Source of the DNA: Thermoanaerobaculia bacterium
Lineage (GTDB): Bacteria > Acidobacteriota > Thermoanaerobaculia > Gp7-AA8
Assembly (NCBI GenBank): GCA_036380735.1
Contig: DASVEE010000025.1
Location: 3,041 to 67,040, forward strand
Direction of reading: 5' to 3'
Length of the DNA stretch: 64,000 bases
Positions within the stretch are counted from its first letter, which is position 1. Each line of letters begins with the position of its first letter. The notes under the pieces are model-generated. The model did not search any database and had not been told where the DNA came from. It saw only the letters and a list, made by a program, of their open reading frames with translations. Both the position numbers and the translations under genes were made by a program. Of this stretch, positions 1 to 9,611 are shown piece after piece.

Positions 1-659
1 CCCAGTTGTACCAGTACATGCCTTCGGCCGAGCAGCACGACTTGTAGTCGCCCGGGAACACGGCGGAGGTGAATGCCGGTCCGGACGCGGCGCAATCCGT
101 CGACCACTGGCCGACGGTCCATTTGCCGAGGGAGATGCCGGACGGCTGGTACGCGGTGCAGGTGTTGGTGAAAGTCGACGGCTCCGGCTTGATCGTCACC
201 GAGGTGAGCGTGCGGCACTCGGTCCAGCCGAACTGCAGCGTCGTGCGCGCGGCGTGCTGGCCGCGGATGTCGTAACCGTCGAGGTAATACGTGAGACGGT
301 AGCCGCGCGTGCTCGTGGCTTCGACACTCCGGGCGAAGCGCCCGGTGCCGTTGTTCGGCGTCTTCGTTTCCGGCTCGGAGGAGCCTTGTTCGACGAGCCT
401 GGCGGTGAAAGTCTTGCCGTCGGCACCGATCGTCCACGCGTATGAGCTCGAGCCCGCGCGCTCCGACACCTTGCGCGCCGCGGCCACGGTCTTCGTACCG
501 TCGGACCACTCCAGCATCTGCATCGTCGCCCGCGCGTCGCTGCCCGCGGCCGGCGTCATGGCGGTCACGCGAACCAGCGTCCGCTCGGGGGAAGCAGCGA
601 ACAGCGAGCCCGCCACGAGCAGAGCGGCGGCACTACACAACAGAGATTTCCTGGACATG
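1..659 (-). CDS. secreted hypothetical protein (partial, continues past window start)
   Basis: Minus-strand frame open from 659 to the window edge; ATG at 657-659 with AAGGAGA SD about 8 nt upstream; N-terminus MSRKSLLCSAAALLVAGSLFAASPERT is a typical signal peptide; protein-like composition. Family not recognised. Confidence 0.6.
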
Positions 660-797
660 AAACGATTCTCCTTTTGAGCAAAGGTAGCCCTCAGCCGGAG
701 GATCGGGTTGCCATTTGTGATGGAACGGCTGATGGCCGTGACGAACGCCTGCTTTCCGTCCACCAAGAGATCAGAGGAAATGGTGGTTTAACAAGGA

Positions 798-912
798 GAC
801 GATAGGACGAATAGGACCTATAGGACGGATAGGACAGATAGGACTCGTCCGGGAGGGCGGGGTCCCATCCGTCCTATTCGTCCCATACGTCCTATTTGTC
901 CTATCGTTCCCC
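798..912. repeat. ATAGGAC-iterated palindromic element (copy 1)
   Basis: Left arm GACGATAGGACGAATAGGACCTATAGGACGGATAGGACAGATAGGAC, ~14-nt loop, right arm GTCCCATCCGTCCTATTCGTCCCATACGTCCTATTTGTCCTATCGTTCC is its imperfect reverse complement; intergenic, abuts stop of the GGDEF gene. Confidence 0.85.
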
Positions 913-3870
913 TCACGCCACCGCGCGCCACGCGTTGCGCCCGCTGCGCTTGGCCTCATACAGCGCGGCATCGGCCAGGTCGATCACCTGTTCCCACGAC
1001 TGGGAAGACGTCGGCCACACCGCCACGCCGATCGAGCACGTCTTGCGCAGTGCCGTTCCATCGGGCAGCGCGAACGTGTGCGCGTCGACGGCGGCGCGCA
1101 GCTTCTCCGCGAGCTCCGGTGCGCGCTCGCGCGCCACGAAGCGCACCACGATGAGGAACTCCTCGCCGCCCCAGCGCACGACCCAGTCGGAGGCGCGGAA
1201 CGTCGTCCGCAGCAGCTCCGCGAGCTGCACGAGCACCGCGTCGCCCGCGGCATGCCCGTACGTGTCGTTGACGCTCTTGAAGTGATCGAGGTCGACGAGC
1301 AGCGCGATCAACTCGCCGTGCCCGCGTCCCGCCAGCTCGAGGTCAGACGGAATGGCCTGCTCGAGGAAGCGCCGGTTGCGCAGCTTCGTCAGCGGATCGG
1401 TGAGGCTCGCTTCCTCGATGCGCGCGTAAGCCGTTTCGAGCTCGCGCGTGCGCTCCGCCACGATCCGCTCCAGCGCTCGCTCGCGCGCGCGCAACTGCCG
1501 CACGCGCAGGCGGTACGCGCCATACAGCAGCGCGGCGATCGCGAGCAGCAGCAGCGCGCGGAACCACGTCGTCTGATGCAGCGCGGGCAACACGGTCACC
1601 GGCAGCCGCAACTCGCGCGAGCCGCGATTCGCCAGCGCCGCGCGCAGGACGTACGATCCCGGCGGCAGACGGCTGTACGTGATCGTGCGCTGCGACGCGC
1701 CCATCGTCGTCCACTCCTCGTCGAGTCCTTCCAGCCGGTAGCGATAGAGCTGTCCCCGCGGCGCGACAAAGTCGACGGCCGCGACGTCGAGCGCGAAGCC
1801 GCGTTCCGCCGCCGACAGCTCCAGCCCCTGCAGCACCGTCGCCCCGGCGCGCGGCTTGCCTTCAACGCGCAAGGAGGTGGCGACGATCGCCGGTGCCTCC
1901 TGACTCCCCGGCAGCGCCCGCGGATCGACGATCAGCAATCCCTCGGGTGATCCGAACAGCAGCAGCCCTTCACGCGTGCGAGCCCGGCTGGCGATGAAGA
2001 AGTTGCGGAACGCCACGCCGTCCGCGGGGCCGAGCTCGCGCGAGGCCCGGTTGCGCGGATCGATGCGCAACCGCGGCCCCACCCACACCTGGCCGCTCGC
2101 ATCTTCCACCAGCGCCTCGGCCGCCGACGACGAGACCACGTCGAACCGCGCGATCTTCCCATCCCACGCTGTCATCACCGCGGCGCCGCCGGCAGTGCCA
2201 ACCCAGAGCCGCCCATCGCGCGCGAGCAGCAGATCGGGCACCCAGTTGTTCGGCAGGGCCTCCGGCGTGTTGGCGGCAGCGATGCGCGTCGCCGTCTCCG
2301 TCGCGGGATCGAATGCGTACAACCCGTTGTCGCTCCCGACCCACAGCTTCCCGTCGCCGCCCACGACGATCGACTCGATCGCCGGCGACGACTTCGCCGC
2401 GCCGGGCCACTGCCGGTACACCTTCGTCGCCATCGTCCGCGGCTCGACGCGCACCATCCCCTCGGCCGCCCCGGCCCACAACGTGCCGTCCGCGCTGAAG
2501 GCCATCGTGCGGATCGGTCCACCCGGCAATCGCGCGACCGGAATGCGCTCGAAACTCGTCGCGCCGGCGCGCAGCCGGTGGAGCATCGAGTTGAGCGTCG
2601 CCACCCAGACCGCGCCGTCCGCGCCTTGCGCGAGACAGGTGATGCCGCCGTCGGCGAGCGCGCCCGGATCGTTTGCGTTCGGGCGGTGCGCGGCGACACG
2701 GCGCAGTCCGCGGTCGAGGATGTCGATCCCGTTGCCGTTCGTCCCGACCCAGATGCGGCCGTCCTGCAGCTCCATCGCCCGCACCGCCGCGGCGTGCGAC
2801 AGCCCGTCGGGGCGATTGGGGGAGAAGCGCAGCGCCCGGAAGGCGCGCGTTCGCGGATCGTGCCGCGCGATCCCTTCGCCCCACGTCCCGACCCACATCA
2901 CCCCGTTGCGATCGCGAAAGACGGCGCCGATGCGATCGGCCGCGATCGTGTCCGAGAGCGTGGCGTCGTGCCGCAGCCGGTCGATGACGCGCAACGTGTT
3001 CGCGTCGACGACGTCGACGCCCCCACCGAACGTCGCCACCCACATCTCGTCACCCGGGCCCTCGGCGAACCCGTAAACCCAGTAGTGACTCAGCCCCTCG
3101 GGATCGACGGGCCGCGGTGCGATGCGCGTCAAGTTTTCGCCGTCCAGCACTGCCGCGCCATGCTCCTCTGTCCCGATCCAGAGGCGGCCGCGGCGATCCT
3201 CCACGAGCTCGGTGATGAACTGCCCGGCGAGCGACGGTGCGACGCGCTCGAAGCCACGGCCCTCGCCGAGCCACCGCTGCAACCCGTCGCGCGTGCCGAC
3301 CCACAGCACGCCCTGCCGGTCGACGAGCAGCCCCCGCACGCGATCGTCGGCGATGCTGCGCGCGTCTTTCGCGTCGTGGCGGAAAGAGTCGACGCGCCCG
3401 CTGCGCACGTCGAGGCGGCCCAGCCCCGCGTTGCTCGCGATCCAGAGGTGTCCCTGCCGATCCTCCGCCAGCCCCTCGACGCGGCCGTACGCGAGCGGCA
3501 CGCGCGTGAACGTCTCCGTCCGCGGATCGAACACCGACAACCCGCCGCTGAACGAGCCGATCCAGAGCCGCCCGTCCGACGCGACGAGCAACGCACGCAC
3601 GTAGTTCCCGGCGAGCGTCGACGGATCGTTCGGCTTCGACCGGAAGACGCGGAACTCATGACCGTCGTACCGCACGAGCCCACCCTGCGTGCCGAACCAC
3701 AGCAACCCCTGCCGGTCCTGCGCGATGGCGCTGGTCAGGTGCGCCGGCACGTCGTCGGGGATGGCCACCCGCTGAAAGGAGACCAGCGCCACTCGGCTGT
3801 CGAGCGCGTGCAGGCCCAGGGACAGCAGCACGATGACGATCAGCGCAGCAATGCGGGGCATGGCGCGCAT
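913..3870 (-). CDS. sensor diguanylate cyclase: periplasmic two-component-regulator-propeller repeats + Y_Y_Y + TM + GGDEF
   Basis: 985-aa ORF; N-terminal signal/TM; more than 10 Reg_prop-type repeats (LWFGTQGGLVRYDG, LWIGSFSGGLSVFD, LWVGTRDGLQRW ...); single TM (LLLLAIAALLYGAY); C-terminal GGDEF domain with RWGGEEF active-site motif. Confidence 0.9.
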   Translation of the reverse strand: MRAMPRIAALIVIVLLSLGLHALDSRVALVSFQRVAIPDDVPAHLTSAIAQDRQGLLWFGTQGGLVRYDGHEFRVFRSKPNDPSTLAGNYVRALLVASDGRLWIGSFSGGLSVFDPRTETFTRVPLAYGRVEGLAEDRQGHLWIASNAGLGRLDVRSGRVDSFRHDAKDARSIADDRVRGLLVDRQGVLWVGTRDGLQRWLGEGRGFERVAPSLAGQFITELVEDRRGRLWIGTEEHGAAVLDGENLTRIAPRPVDPEGLSHYWVYGFAEGPGDEMWVATFGGGVDVVDANTLRVIDRLRHDATLSDTIAADRIGAVFRDRNGVMWVGTWGEGIARHDPRTRAFRALRFSPNRPDGLSHAAAVRAMELQDGRIWVGTNGNGIDILDRGLRRVAAHRPNANDPGALADGGITCLAQGADGAVWVATLNSMLHRLRAGATSFERIPVARLPGGPIRTMAFSADGTLWAGAAEGMVRVEPRTMATKVYRQWPGAAKSSPAIESIVVGGDGKLWVGSDNGLYAFDPATETATRIAAANTPEALPNNWVPDLLLARDGRLWVGTAGGAAVMTAWDGKIARFDVVSSSAAEALVEDASGQVWVGPRLRIDPRNRASRELGPADGVAFRNFFIASRARTREGLLLFGSPEGLLIVDPRALPGSQEAPAIVATSLRVEGKPRAGATVLQGLELSAAERGFALDVAAVDFVAPRGQLYRYRLEGLDEEWTTMGASQRTITYSRLPPGSYVLRAALANRGSRELRLPVTVLPALHQTTWFRALLLLAIAALLYGAYRLRVRQLRARERALERIVAERTRELETAYARIEEASLTDPLTKLRNRRFLEQAIPSDLELAGRGHGELIALLVDLDHFKSVNDTYGHAAGDAVLVQLAELLRTTFRASDWVVRWGGEEFLIVVRFVARERAPELAEKLRAAVDAHTFALPDGTALRKTCSIGVAVWPTSSQSWEQVIDLADAALYEAKRSGRNAWRAVA

Positions 3871-3885
3871 TATCGCCAGTCCCCG

Positions 3886-5418
3886 CTATCGCAGCGTATC
3901 CACCGGCGCGTAGTCATCCGTCAGCAGCGGCACGTCCGCTTTGGCGGCGTACGGCTGCAGCCCGCGCAGGTGCTCCGCGAAGGTGGGCAGCTTTCCCGCC
4001 GGGGTGCTGCTGGCGCGCGCCAGCGCCTCTTCGGGGGACGTCAGCAGCGCCACGTCGCTCGCCAGAATCTCACCGGCGGTCACGTATGTGGAGCCGAAGA
4101 CGCTGGCGATGGTCTTCTGCAGCGCCAGCAGCAGCTTCGAGCCGCCGAACGCGCAGTGGTAGTGCAGCACGCCGCCGTCGTTGAGGTGCCGCGACACCTC
4201 CTCGAAGAACTCGCGCGTGGCGAGATGCGCCGGGATCGTGTCGCCGTAGCGGTTCGTGGTGTAGGCGTCGATGATGATCAGGTCCCACTTCTGTTTCGAG
4301 TGCTTGAGGAACATCCGTCCGTCGCCGGTGTAAATGCGCAGGCGCTCGCTCGTCTGGACGCCGAAGTACTTCTGCGCCACGTCGACTACGACGGGATCGA
4401 CTTCCACGACATCGACGTGCACGTCGGGGTAGTAGTGCACGAACTGCTTGGCCGTCGTGCCGCCGCCGAGGCCGATGATGAGGACGCGGCGGAGCTGCGG
4501 GCGCATGAAGCGGGTGATGTGCATGGAGTCCGTGTACGGATTGCCCGGTCCGAGCGGATCATCGAGCCGCATCGACGACTGCGTGGCCAGCGCGAAGTTC
4601 AGCACGCGCACGCTGCCTTGCCGCTCGCGCACCGTCACGCGGTGGTACGGGCTGTCGCCGACGAACAGCACGCGCCAGGAGGAGTCCTGCGCGATCAGCG
4701 TGCGCTCGATGTTCGTCGAGCGGATGAACGCCACCGCCGGCACGCCGACGGCGAGGGCCACCGCGAGCGCGATCGCGTACGGCCGCAAGCCGGCGCGCAT
4801 GCCGCCTTCCGTGCGCAGACGCGGCAGCGTCGCCAGCGCCAGCATCAGCGCCGTGATGCACGTCGCCAGCGCCACCGTGATCACGGTCCGGGAGATGCTC
4901 CCCAGCCAGTCGATCAGCAGGAATGCGGTCACGACGCTCCCGGCGATGCTGCCGATCGTCGACACCGCGGAGATCGACCCGGCGGTCGAGCCGCTCCGGC
5001 CGGTGCTCGTCGCGAAGAGGCGCACGGCGATGGGGGAAACGGAGGCGAACAGGATCGTCGGCAGCGCGAACAGCAGCGCCGTCGCCGCGAACGCATGCGT
5101 CGCGAGATCGAGGTTCGACTCGGCAATCACCGGCGAGACCAGCGCGTCCAGCCACGGCACCACCATCAACAGCGCCGCCGCATTCAATAGGACGGCGATG
5201 AGCGTCGTCGAGCGCGGCCAGCGGTCGCCGGCCCGTCCACCGAGCCAGTAGCCGATACTCATCGCCGCCAGGAAGATGGCGATGACGGCCGTCGTCTCCC
5301 GGAGCGCCGAGCCGAACGTCTTGCCGATGATCCGGAAGGCGGCCACCTCCAGACCCATGAGCAACGCACCGCTGAGGAAGACCGTGACGTAGACCGCAAG
5401 ACGTTCAATCCGAGGCAT
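3886..5418 (-). CDS. fused MFS-like membrane domain / spermidine synthase family protein
   Basis: 510 aa; N-terminal ~220 aa multi-TM domain; C-terminal aminopropyltransferase fold (VLIIGLGGGTTAKQ ... VDVVEVDPVVVDVAQKYFG ... DLIIIDAY). Architecture matches the widespread fused MFS/spermidine synthase family. Confidence 0.8.
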   Translation of the reverse strand: MPRIERLAVYVTVFLSGALLMGLEVAAFRIIGKTFGSALRETTAVIAIFLAAMSIGYWLGGRAGDRWPRSTTLIAVLLNAAALLMVVPWLDALVSPVIAESNLDLATHAFAATALLFALPTILFASVSPIAVRLFATSTGRSGSTAGSISAVSTIGSIAGSVVTAFLLIDWLGSISRTVITVALATCITALMLALATLPRLRTEGGMRAGLRPYAIALAVALAVGVPAVAFIRSTNIERTLIAQDSSWRVLFVGDSPYHRVTVRERQGSVRVLNFALATQSSMRLDDPLGPGNPYTDSMHITRFMRPQLRRVLIIGLGGGTTAKQFVHYYPDVHVDVVEVDPVVVDVAQKYFGVQTSERLRIYTGDGRMFLKHSKQKWDLIIIDAYTTNRYGDTIPAHLATREFFEEVSRHLNDGGVLHYHCAFGGSKLLLALQKTIASVFGSTYVTAGEILASDVALLTSPEEALARASSTPAGKLPTFAEHLRGLQPYAAKADVPLLTDDYAPVDTLR

Positions 5419-5535
5419 GAGGCCGCCATCATGAAAAACTTTTCGCCCGATGTCGATCCGGCGTCTTCCCGTTCGACGTGTTCATGAAACGTGGCTCTAC
5501 CGAGGGCCACCAGACGAATGAAGGAGAAGCAACCG

Positions 5536-6012
5536 ATGGACAAGATCACCCCCTTCCTCTGGTTCGACACGCAGGCCGAAGAGGCCGCGAACTTCTACAC
5601 CTCGATCTTCCCCAACTCGAAGGTCGGCAAGAAGACCTACTACGGAGACGCCGGTCCCGGCCCGAAAGGCACGGTTGTCACGGTGGAGTTCGAGCTCAAT
5701 GGCCAGCAGTTCGTCGGCCTCAACGGGGGGCCGCAGTTCCCGTTCACCGAGGCCGTGTCGTTCTCGATCGACTGCGGCGATCAGCAGGAAGTCGACTACT
5801 ACTGGGACAAGCTCACCGCCCGCGGCGGCCAGCCGGTGCAGTGCGGCTGGCTCAAAGACAAATTCGGCCTCTCCTGGCAGGTCAACCCCCGCATCCTGGG
5901 GCAGCTCATCAGCGACCCCGATCCGGCAAAAGCGAACCGCGTCATGCAAGCCATGCTGAAGATGGTGAAGATCGACATCGCGGAGCTGCAGCGCGCGTAC
6001 GACGGCCGCTGA
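5536..6012 (+). CDS. VOC/glyoxalase-superfamily protein (PhnB-like, 3-demethylubiquinone-9 3-methyltransferase-domain family)
   Basis: Start MDKITPFLWFDTQAEEAANFYTSIFPNSK with GAAGGAGAAG SD; the listed ORF begins further upstream at 5491, but the SD favours 5536. Strong resemblance to the PF06983 family. Divergent from the spermidine-synthase gene. Confidence 0.8.
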   Translation: MDKITPFLWFDTQAEEAANFYTSIFPNSKVGKKTYYGDAGPGPKGTVVTVEFELNGQQFVGLNGGPQFPFTEAVSFSIDCGDQQEVDYYWDKLTARGGQPVQCGWLKDKFGLSWQVNPRILGQLISDPDPAKANRVMQAMLKMVKIDIAELQRAYDGR

Positions 6013-6145
6013 ATTCACGATGGACCTATGGGCCAACGGGGCGCACACGCGCCCAGGTCCATAGGTCCCGTTGGTCGCCTTCAACCCGTCGGTCCATCGC
6101 TTCCGCTCACACGGACGGCTCGCTTTCGTCACGAATTCGTGATGC
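6013..6145. repeat. nested palindrome related to the ATAGGAC family (divergent copy)
   Basis: GAATTCACGATGGACCTATGGGCC...CCAGGTCCATAGGTCC...CACGAATTCGTGATG: outer inverted repeat TGAATTCACGA/TCGTGAATTCG enclosing GGACCTATGG/CCATAGGTCC. Shares the (C)CTATGG/ATAGG core. Confidence 0.35.
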
Positions 6146-6209
6146 GCATTCTGCGTACCTCGGGTGCTAGTCTCGCTTTCCGAAATCGCTGAGACCGAGG
6201 TGCTGTCTG

Positions 6210-8024
6210 GTGTTACTCCTCCGGGTTTCTCTCGTCCTTTCCGCCACCCTGCTCGTAGTTGCCGCTGCGGCGCGGACGCCGGTTGCCGAATGTCATGGCG
6301 GCGCGACGCTGACCGAGGCGCAGATTCGCGCTGACGTCAGCCGCAGCACGGAGCTCGTCGCGCGCGCGGAGGCAGCGACCGATGGGCGGCGCCGCGCCTC
6401 ACGCCAGCCGGTGAACCTCATCGACGAAGAAATCTTCGGCGCGATGAAGGCGGCGGGCGTCGTGCCGGCGCCGCTCTCCACCGATGTGGAGTTCCTCCGT
6501 CGCGTGACGCTCGATCTCACCGGGCAACTGCCGACGCCGGAGGAGGTCGATGCGTTTCTCGCCGACCAGCGGTCGAACCGGCGCACGCTGGCCGTCGACC
6601 GGCTGCTGGCGTCCGAGGCGTTCAGCGACCGCTGGGCGCTCTTCTTCGGGGATCTCTTCCGCAACACGATCCAGTTCGGTGTCGCGAGCGGGCCGTCGGC
6701 GCGCAAGAATTTCCACGACTATCTGCGCACCTCCGTGCGCGACGGCAAACCATACGACGAGATGGTGCGCGAGCTCATCACCGCCACCGGCGACGCGCGC
6801 CACAATGGGCCCGTCAACTTCGTCATCCGCGACTTCATCTTCGGTACCGATCCTCCTCAGGACACCTTCGACGGTCTCGCCGTCTCGACGAGCAACGCCT
6901 TCCTCGGCGTGAACACCTTCTGCATCTCCTGTCACGACGGCGCCGGACACACGACCGAGCTAAACTCGTTCCTCACCTCGAAGAAACGGGCGCAATTCTG
7001 GGAGTCGGCGGCATTCTTCGCGAAGCTCCGATTCGGCCCGAGCCCCGGCTCGCCCTTCGACGTGGCGTTCGCAGCCGAGGAAGATCCGGCCGGCGAGTAC
7101 GAGACCGGCACGACGAGCGGCAACAAGGCGCCGCGAAACCCGGCGGTCGCCGATGGCCGCCGGACGATCGAGCCGGCGTTCCTGCTGACGGGCGAACGCC
7201 CGGCGCCGGGTGAACCGCGCCGCGCCGCGTACGCGCGCATGCTCACGGCGCACCCGCAGTTCGCGCGCGCCACGGTGAACTATCTCTGGAAGGAGATGTT
7301 CGTCCTCGGCATCGTCGAGCCGGTGAACAACTTCGACCTCGTGCGTCCGAACCAGGCCACGCATCCGCGCCTGCTCGACCGTCTGGGGCGCGCGTTCGCG
7401 GCGAGCGGCTACAACCTCCGCGCGCTGCTGCGCATGATGGCGCTGTCCGAGGCGTATCAACTCTCGGCGAGCTACCCCGGCGAGTGGAAGGCGGAGTACA
7501 CGCGCCTGTTCGCGCGGCGCTTCGTGCGACGGTTGACGGCCGAGGAGATGCACGACGCCGTCTCCGCGGCGACGAACGTGTGGATCCCGATTCCGATCCC
7601 CAGTGGCGATCCGGTGCTGCGCGCGGGGCAACTGCCGGACGTCGTGGTCCCGTCGGACACCCAGGCGCCCGAGACGCGCCTGCTGCTCGACTCCTTCCTG
7701 CGCGGCAACCGCAAGGACACGGCGCGCTCCTCGGAGCTCACGCTGCATCAGATGCTGAGTCTTCTGAACAACTCCAGCGTCGTGGCCGGACGCGTCGAGT
7801 CGCCGCAGTCGCGTGGACGTGTGATGCTGGCGCGTGGCGATGCTCCGCGCGACATCGTGCGCGCGCTCTGGAGCGCGACGCTCGGACGCCGTCCGACGGC
7901 GGCGGAGGAAGCGGCGGCGCTCGAAGCGTTCACCGCGGCCACCACACAGCAGCAGCGTGAGGAAGCCGTCGAGGATCTGCAGTTCGCGCTCATCAACAAA
8001 CTCGAGTTCCTGTTCAATCACTGA
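6210..8024 (+). CDS. DUF1549/DUF1553 domain protein (PSCyt2/PSD1-type, secreted)
   Basis: 604 aa; GTG start with GAGGTG SD; hydrophobic N-terminus; DUF1549 signature VEFLRRVTLDLTGQLPTPEEVDAFLAD...RLLASEAFSDRWA; C-terminal DUF1553-like region; followed by its usual DUF1501 partner. Confidence 0.85.
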   Translation: MLLLRVSLVLSATLLVVAAAARTPVAECHGGATLTEAQIRADVSRSTELVARAEAATDGRRRASRQPVNLIDEEIFGAMKAAGVVPAPLSTDVEFLRRVTLDLTGQLPTPEEVDAFLADQRSNRRTLAVDRLLASEAFSDRWALFFGDLFRNTIQFGVASGPSARKNFHDYLRTSVRDGKPYDEMVRELITATGDARHNGPVNFVIRDFIFGTDPPQDTFDGLAVSTSNAFLGVNTFCISCHDGAGHTTELNSFLTSKKRAQFWESAAFFAKLRFGPSPGSPFDVAFAAEEDPAGEYETGTTSGNKAPRNPAVADGRRTIEPAFLLTGERPAPGEPRRAAYARMLTAHPQFARATVNYLWKEMFVLGIVEPVNNFDLVRPNQATHPRLLDRLGRAFAASGYNLRALLRMMALSEAYQLSASYPGEWKAEYTRLFARRFVRRLTAEEMHDAVSAATNVWIPIPIPSGDPVLRAGQLPDVVVPSDTQAPETRLLLDSFLRGNRKDTARSSELTLHQMLSLLNNSSVVAGRVESPQSRGRVMLARGDAPRDIVRALWSATLGRRPTAAEEAAALEAFTAATTQQQREEAVEDLQFALINKLEFLFNH

Positions 8025-8035
8025 GGAGAGCGCGC

Positions 8036-9469
8036 GTGAAGCACAACAAGGATTGCCAGCACACCGGAAATCGCCTCTTTCGCGGACCGGAGCTTTCGCG
8101 GCGCGCGTTCGCGCGTCTGACCGGCACCGGCCTCGTGGCCTCATGGTTTCTCCCATCGCTCGCCGCGGCCACGACGCACAAGCAAGCGCTCGACGTGCCG
8201 ACGCTGTCGACCGCGAAGAACGTCATCTTCATCACGCTCACCGGCGCGCCGAGCCACGTCGACACCTTCGACCTGAAGGAAGGGGCGTGGACGCCGTCGA
8301 AGCTGCAGCCGACCTCGTACGGCGAGATCCGCTGGCCGCGCGGCCTGATGCCGAAGCTCGGCGACCATCTCAACAAGATCGCGATCGTCCGCTCGTGCCT
8401 CGCGTGGGCCGCGGTGCACGACATCGCGCAGCTGTGGGCGCAGATCGCGCGCAACCCGGCCAGCGCGCTCGGAGCGATCGCGCCGCACATGGGCTCCGTC
8501 GTTTCGCTCGAGCTGGAGTCGCGGCGCGATCCGGCGCGCGACGTCCTGCCGACGTTTCTCTCCTTCCGCGCAACGAGCGGCGCCGTGCTGCGCTCCGGCG
8601 GCTACTTCCCGAGCAGCTACGCCCCGTTCACCATGCCGCAGCCGAAGCCCGAGGGAACGCCGCTGTTCGCGCACCAGGCGGGCAACGAGCGCTTCGCCCG
8701 CCGCTGGGCGTTGCTCGACAAGCTCGACGGCGCGGCGCGGCGTGACGCCGCGTATGGCAAGGATGCGTCCGACGCCGATCTGCTGTATCGGCAGGCGCGC
8801 GCGCTCACCGAGTCGAGCGACGTCGGTGCGCTGATGAAGTACGACCAGACCGCCGCCTCGCGCTACGTCTATGAGCGCGATCCGTACGGCTATGGCGCGA
8901 TGTTCCTCATTGCGTACCGTGTGCTTGCGGCACGCCGCGGCACGCGCTTCATCCACCTGACGGGGCTCGACTGGGATCATCACGCGGAGATCTATTCCGA
9001 GGATTCGGCGCAGTTCAATCTGCGCAGCGAATCGTCGAAGCTCGACCTTGCGCTCTCCTCGTTGATCACCGACCTGGCGAACACACCGGGCGAGACCGCC
9101 GGCAAGACGCTGCTCGATGAGACGCTGATCGTCGTCGGCGGTGAATTCGGCCGCACCGTCGGCGCGCTCAACCCGAGCAAGGGACGCGACCACCATCTGC
9201 GCCACAGCATCCTCTTCGCCGGCGGCGGCGTGCGCGGCGGCCGCACGATCGGGAAGACCGACGCGATGGGGGAGGGATTGGTCGAAGCCGGATGGGGCAG
9301 CGATCCGACGCGCGACACGCGCGCCGAGGACGTCGCCGCCACGATCTACTCCGCCCTCGGCATCGACTACACGACGTGGCGCACCGACGACCCGCTGCGC
9401 CGCGGCTTCGAGTACGTGCCGCTGGCGCGGAGCGGTTACTACAAACCGATCGACGCGCTGTTCAGTTGA
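8036..9469 (+). CDS. DUF1501 domain protein (sulfatase-like fold), Tat-signal
   Basis: 477 aa; GTG start with GAGGAGAG SD; twin-arginine motif SRRAFARLTGTG; DUF1501 hallmark FITLTGAPSHVDTFDLK; 12-nt gap after the DUF1549/1553 gene. Confidence 0.85.
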   Translation: MKHNKDCQHTGNRLFRGPELSRRAFARLTGTGLVASWFLPSLAAATTHKQALDVPTLSTAKNVIFITLTGAPSHVDTFDLKEGAWTPSKLQPTSYGEIRWPRGLMPKLGDHLNKIAIVRSCLAWAAVHDIAQLWAQIARNPASALGAIAPHMGSVVSLELESRRDPARDVLPTFLSFRATSGAVLRSGGYFPSSYAPFTMPQPKPEGTPLFAHQAGNERFARRWALLDKLDGAARRDAAYGKDASDADLLYRQARALTESSDVGALMKYDQTAASRYVYERDPYGYGAMFLIAYRVLAARRGTRFIHLTGLDWDHHAEIYSEDSAQFNLRSESSKLDLALSSLITDLANTPGETAGKTLLDETLIVVGGEFGRTVGALNPSKGRDHHLRHSILFAGGGVRGGRTIGKTDAMGEGLVEAGWGSDPTRDTRAEDVAATIYSALGIDYTTWRTDDPLRRGFEYVPLARSGYYKPIDALFS

Positions 9470-9507
9470 GCGATCGGGCCGATGACACGAAGAGAAGGTC
9501 GGCGGGG

Positions 9508-9606
9508 AAACGATAGGACCTATAGGACGGATGGGACAAATAGGACGAATGGGACTGAACGACGTCTGTCTGTCCTATAGGTCCTATTCGACCCATCGTC
9601 CCCCCC
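9508..9606. repeat. ATAGGAC-iterated palindromic element (copy 2)
   Basis: AACGATAGGACCTATAGGACGGATGGGACAAATAGGACGAATGGGAC - loop - GTCTGTCCTATAGGTCCTATTCGACCCATCGTCCCCCC; between convergent genes. Confidence 0.85.
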
Positions 9607-9611
9607 GCCCT

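Noticed and set aside
2578-5190. 870-aa plus-strand ORF (and similar long ORFs 1970..3043, 1976..3076, 6960..8156, 9658..11130, 10167..11729, 18379..19257, 19281..20108, 20907..22640, 21311..23893, 24133..26700, 28154..29752, 30829..32739, 34506..35999, 37051..39450, 37806..40589, 45839..47656, 47760..48743, 49373..50569, 50757..52322, 55250..57364, 60272..63454)
   Set aside because: All lie antisense or out of frame to genes with clear family signatures. Their translations are Arg/Ala/Gly/Pro-dominated low-complexity strings typical of alternative frames in about 70% GC DNA, and none has a plausible SD/start context.
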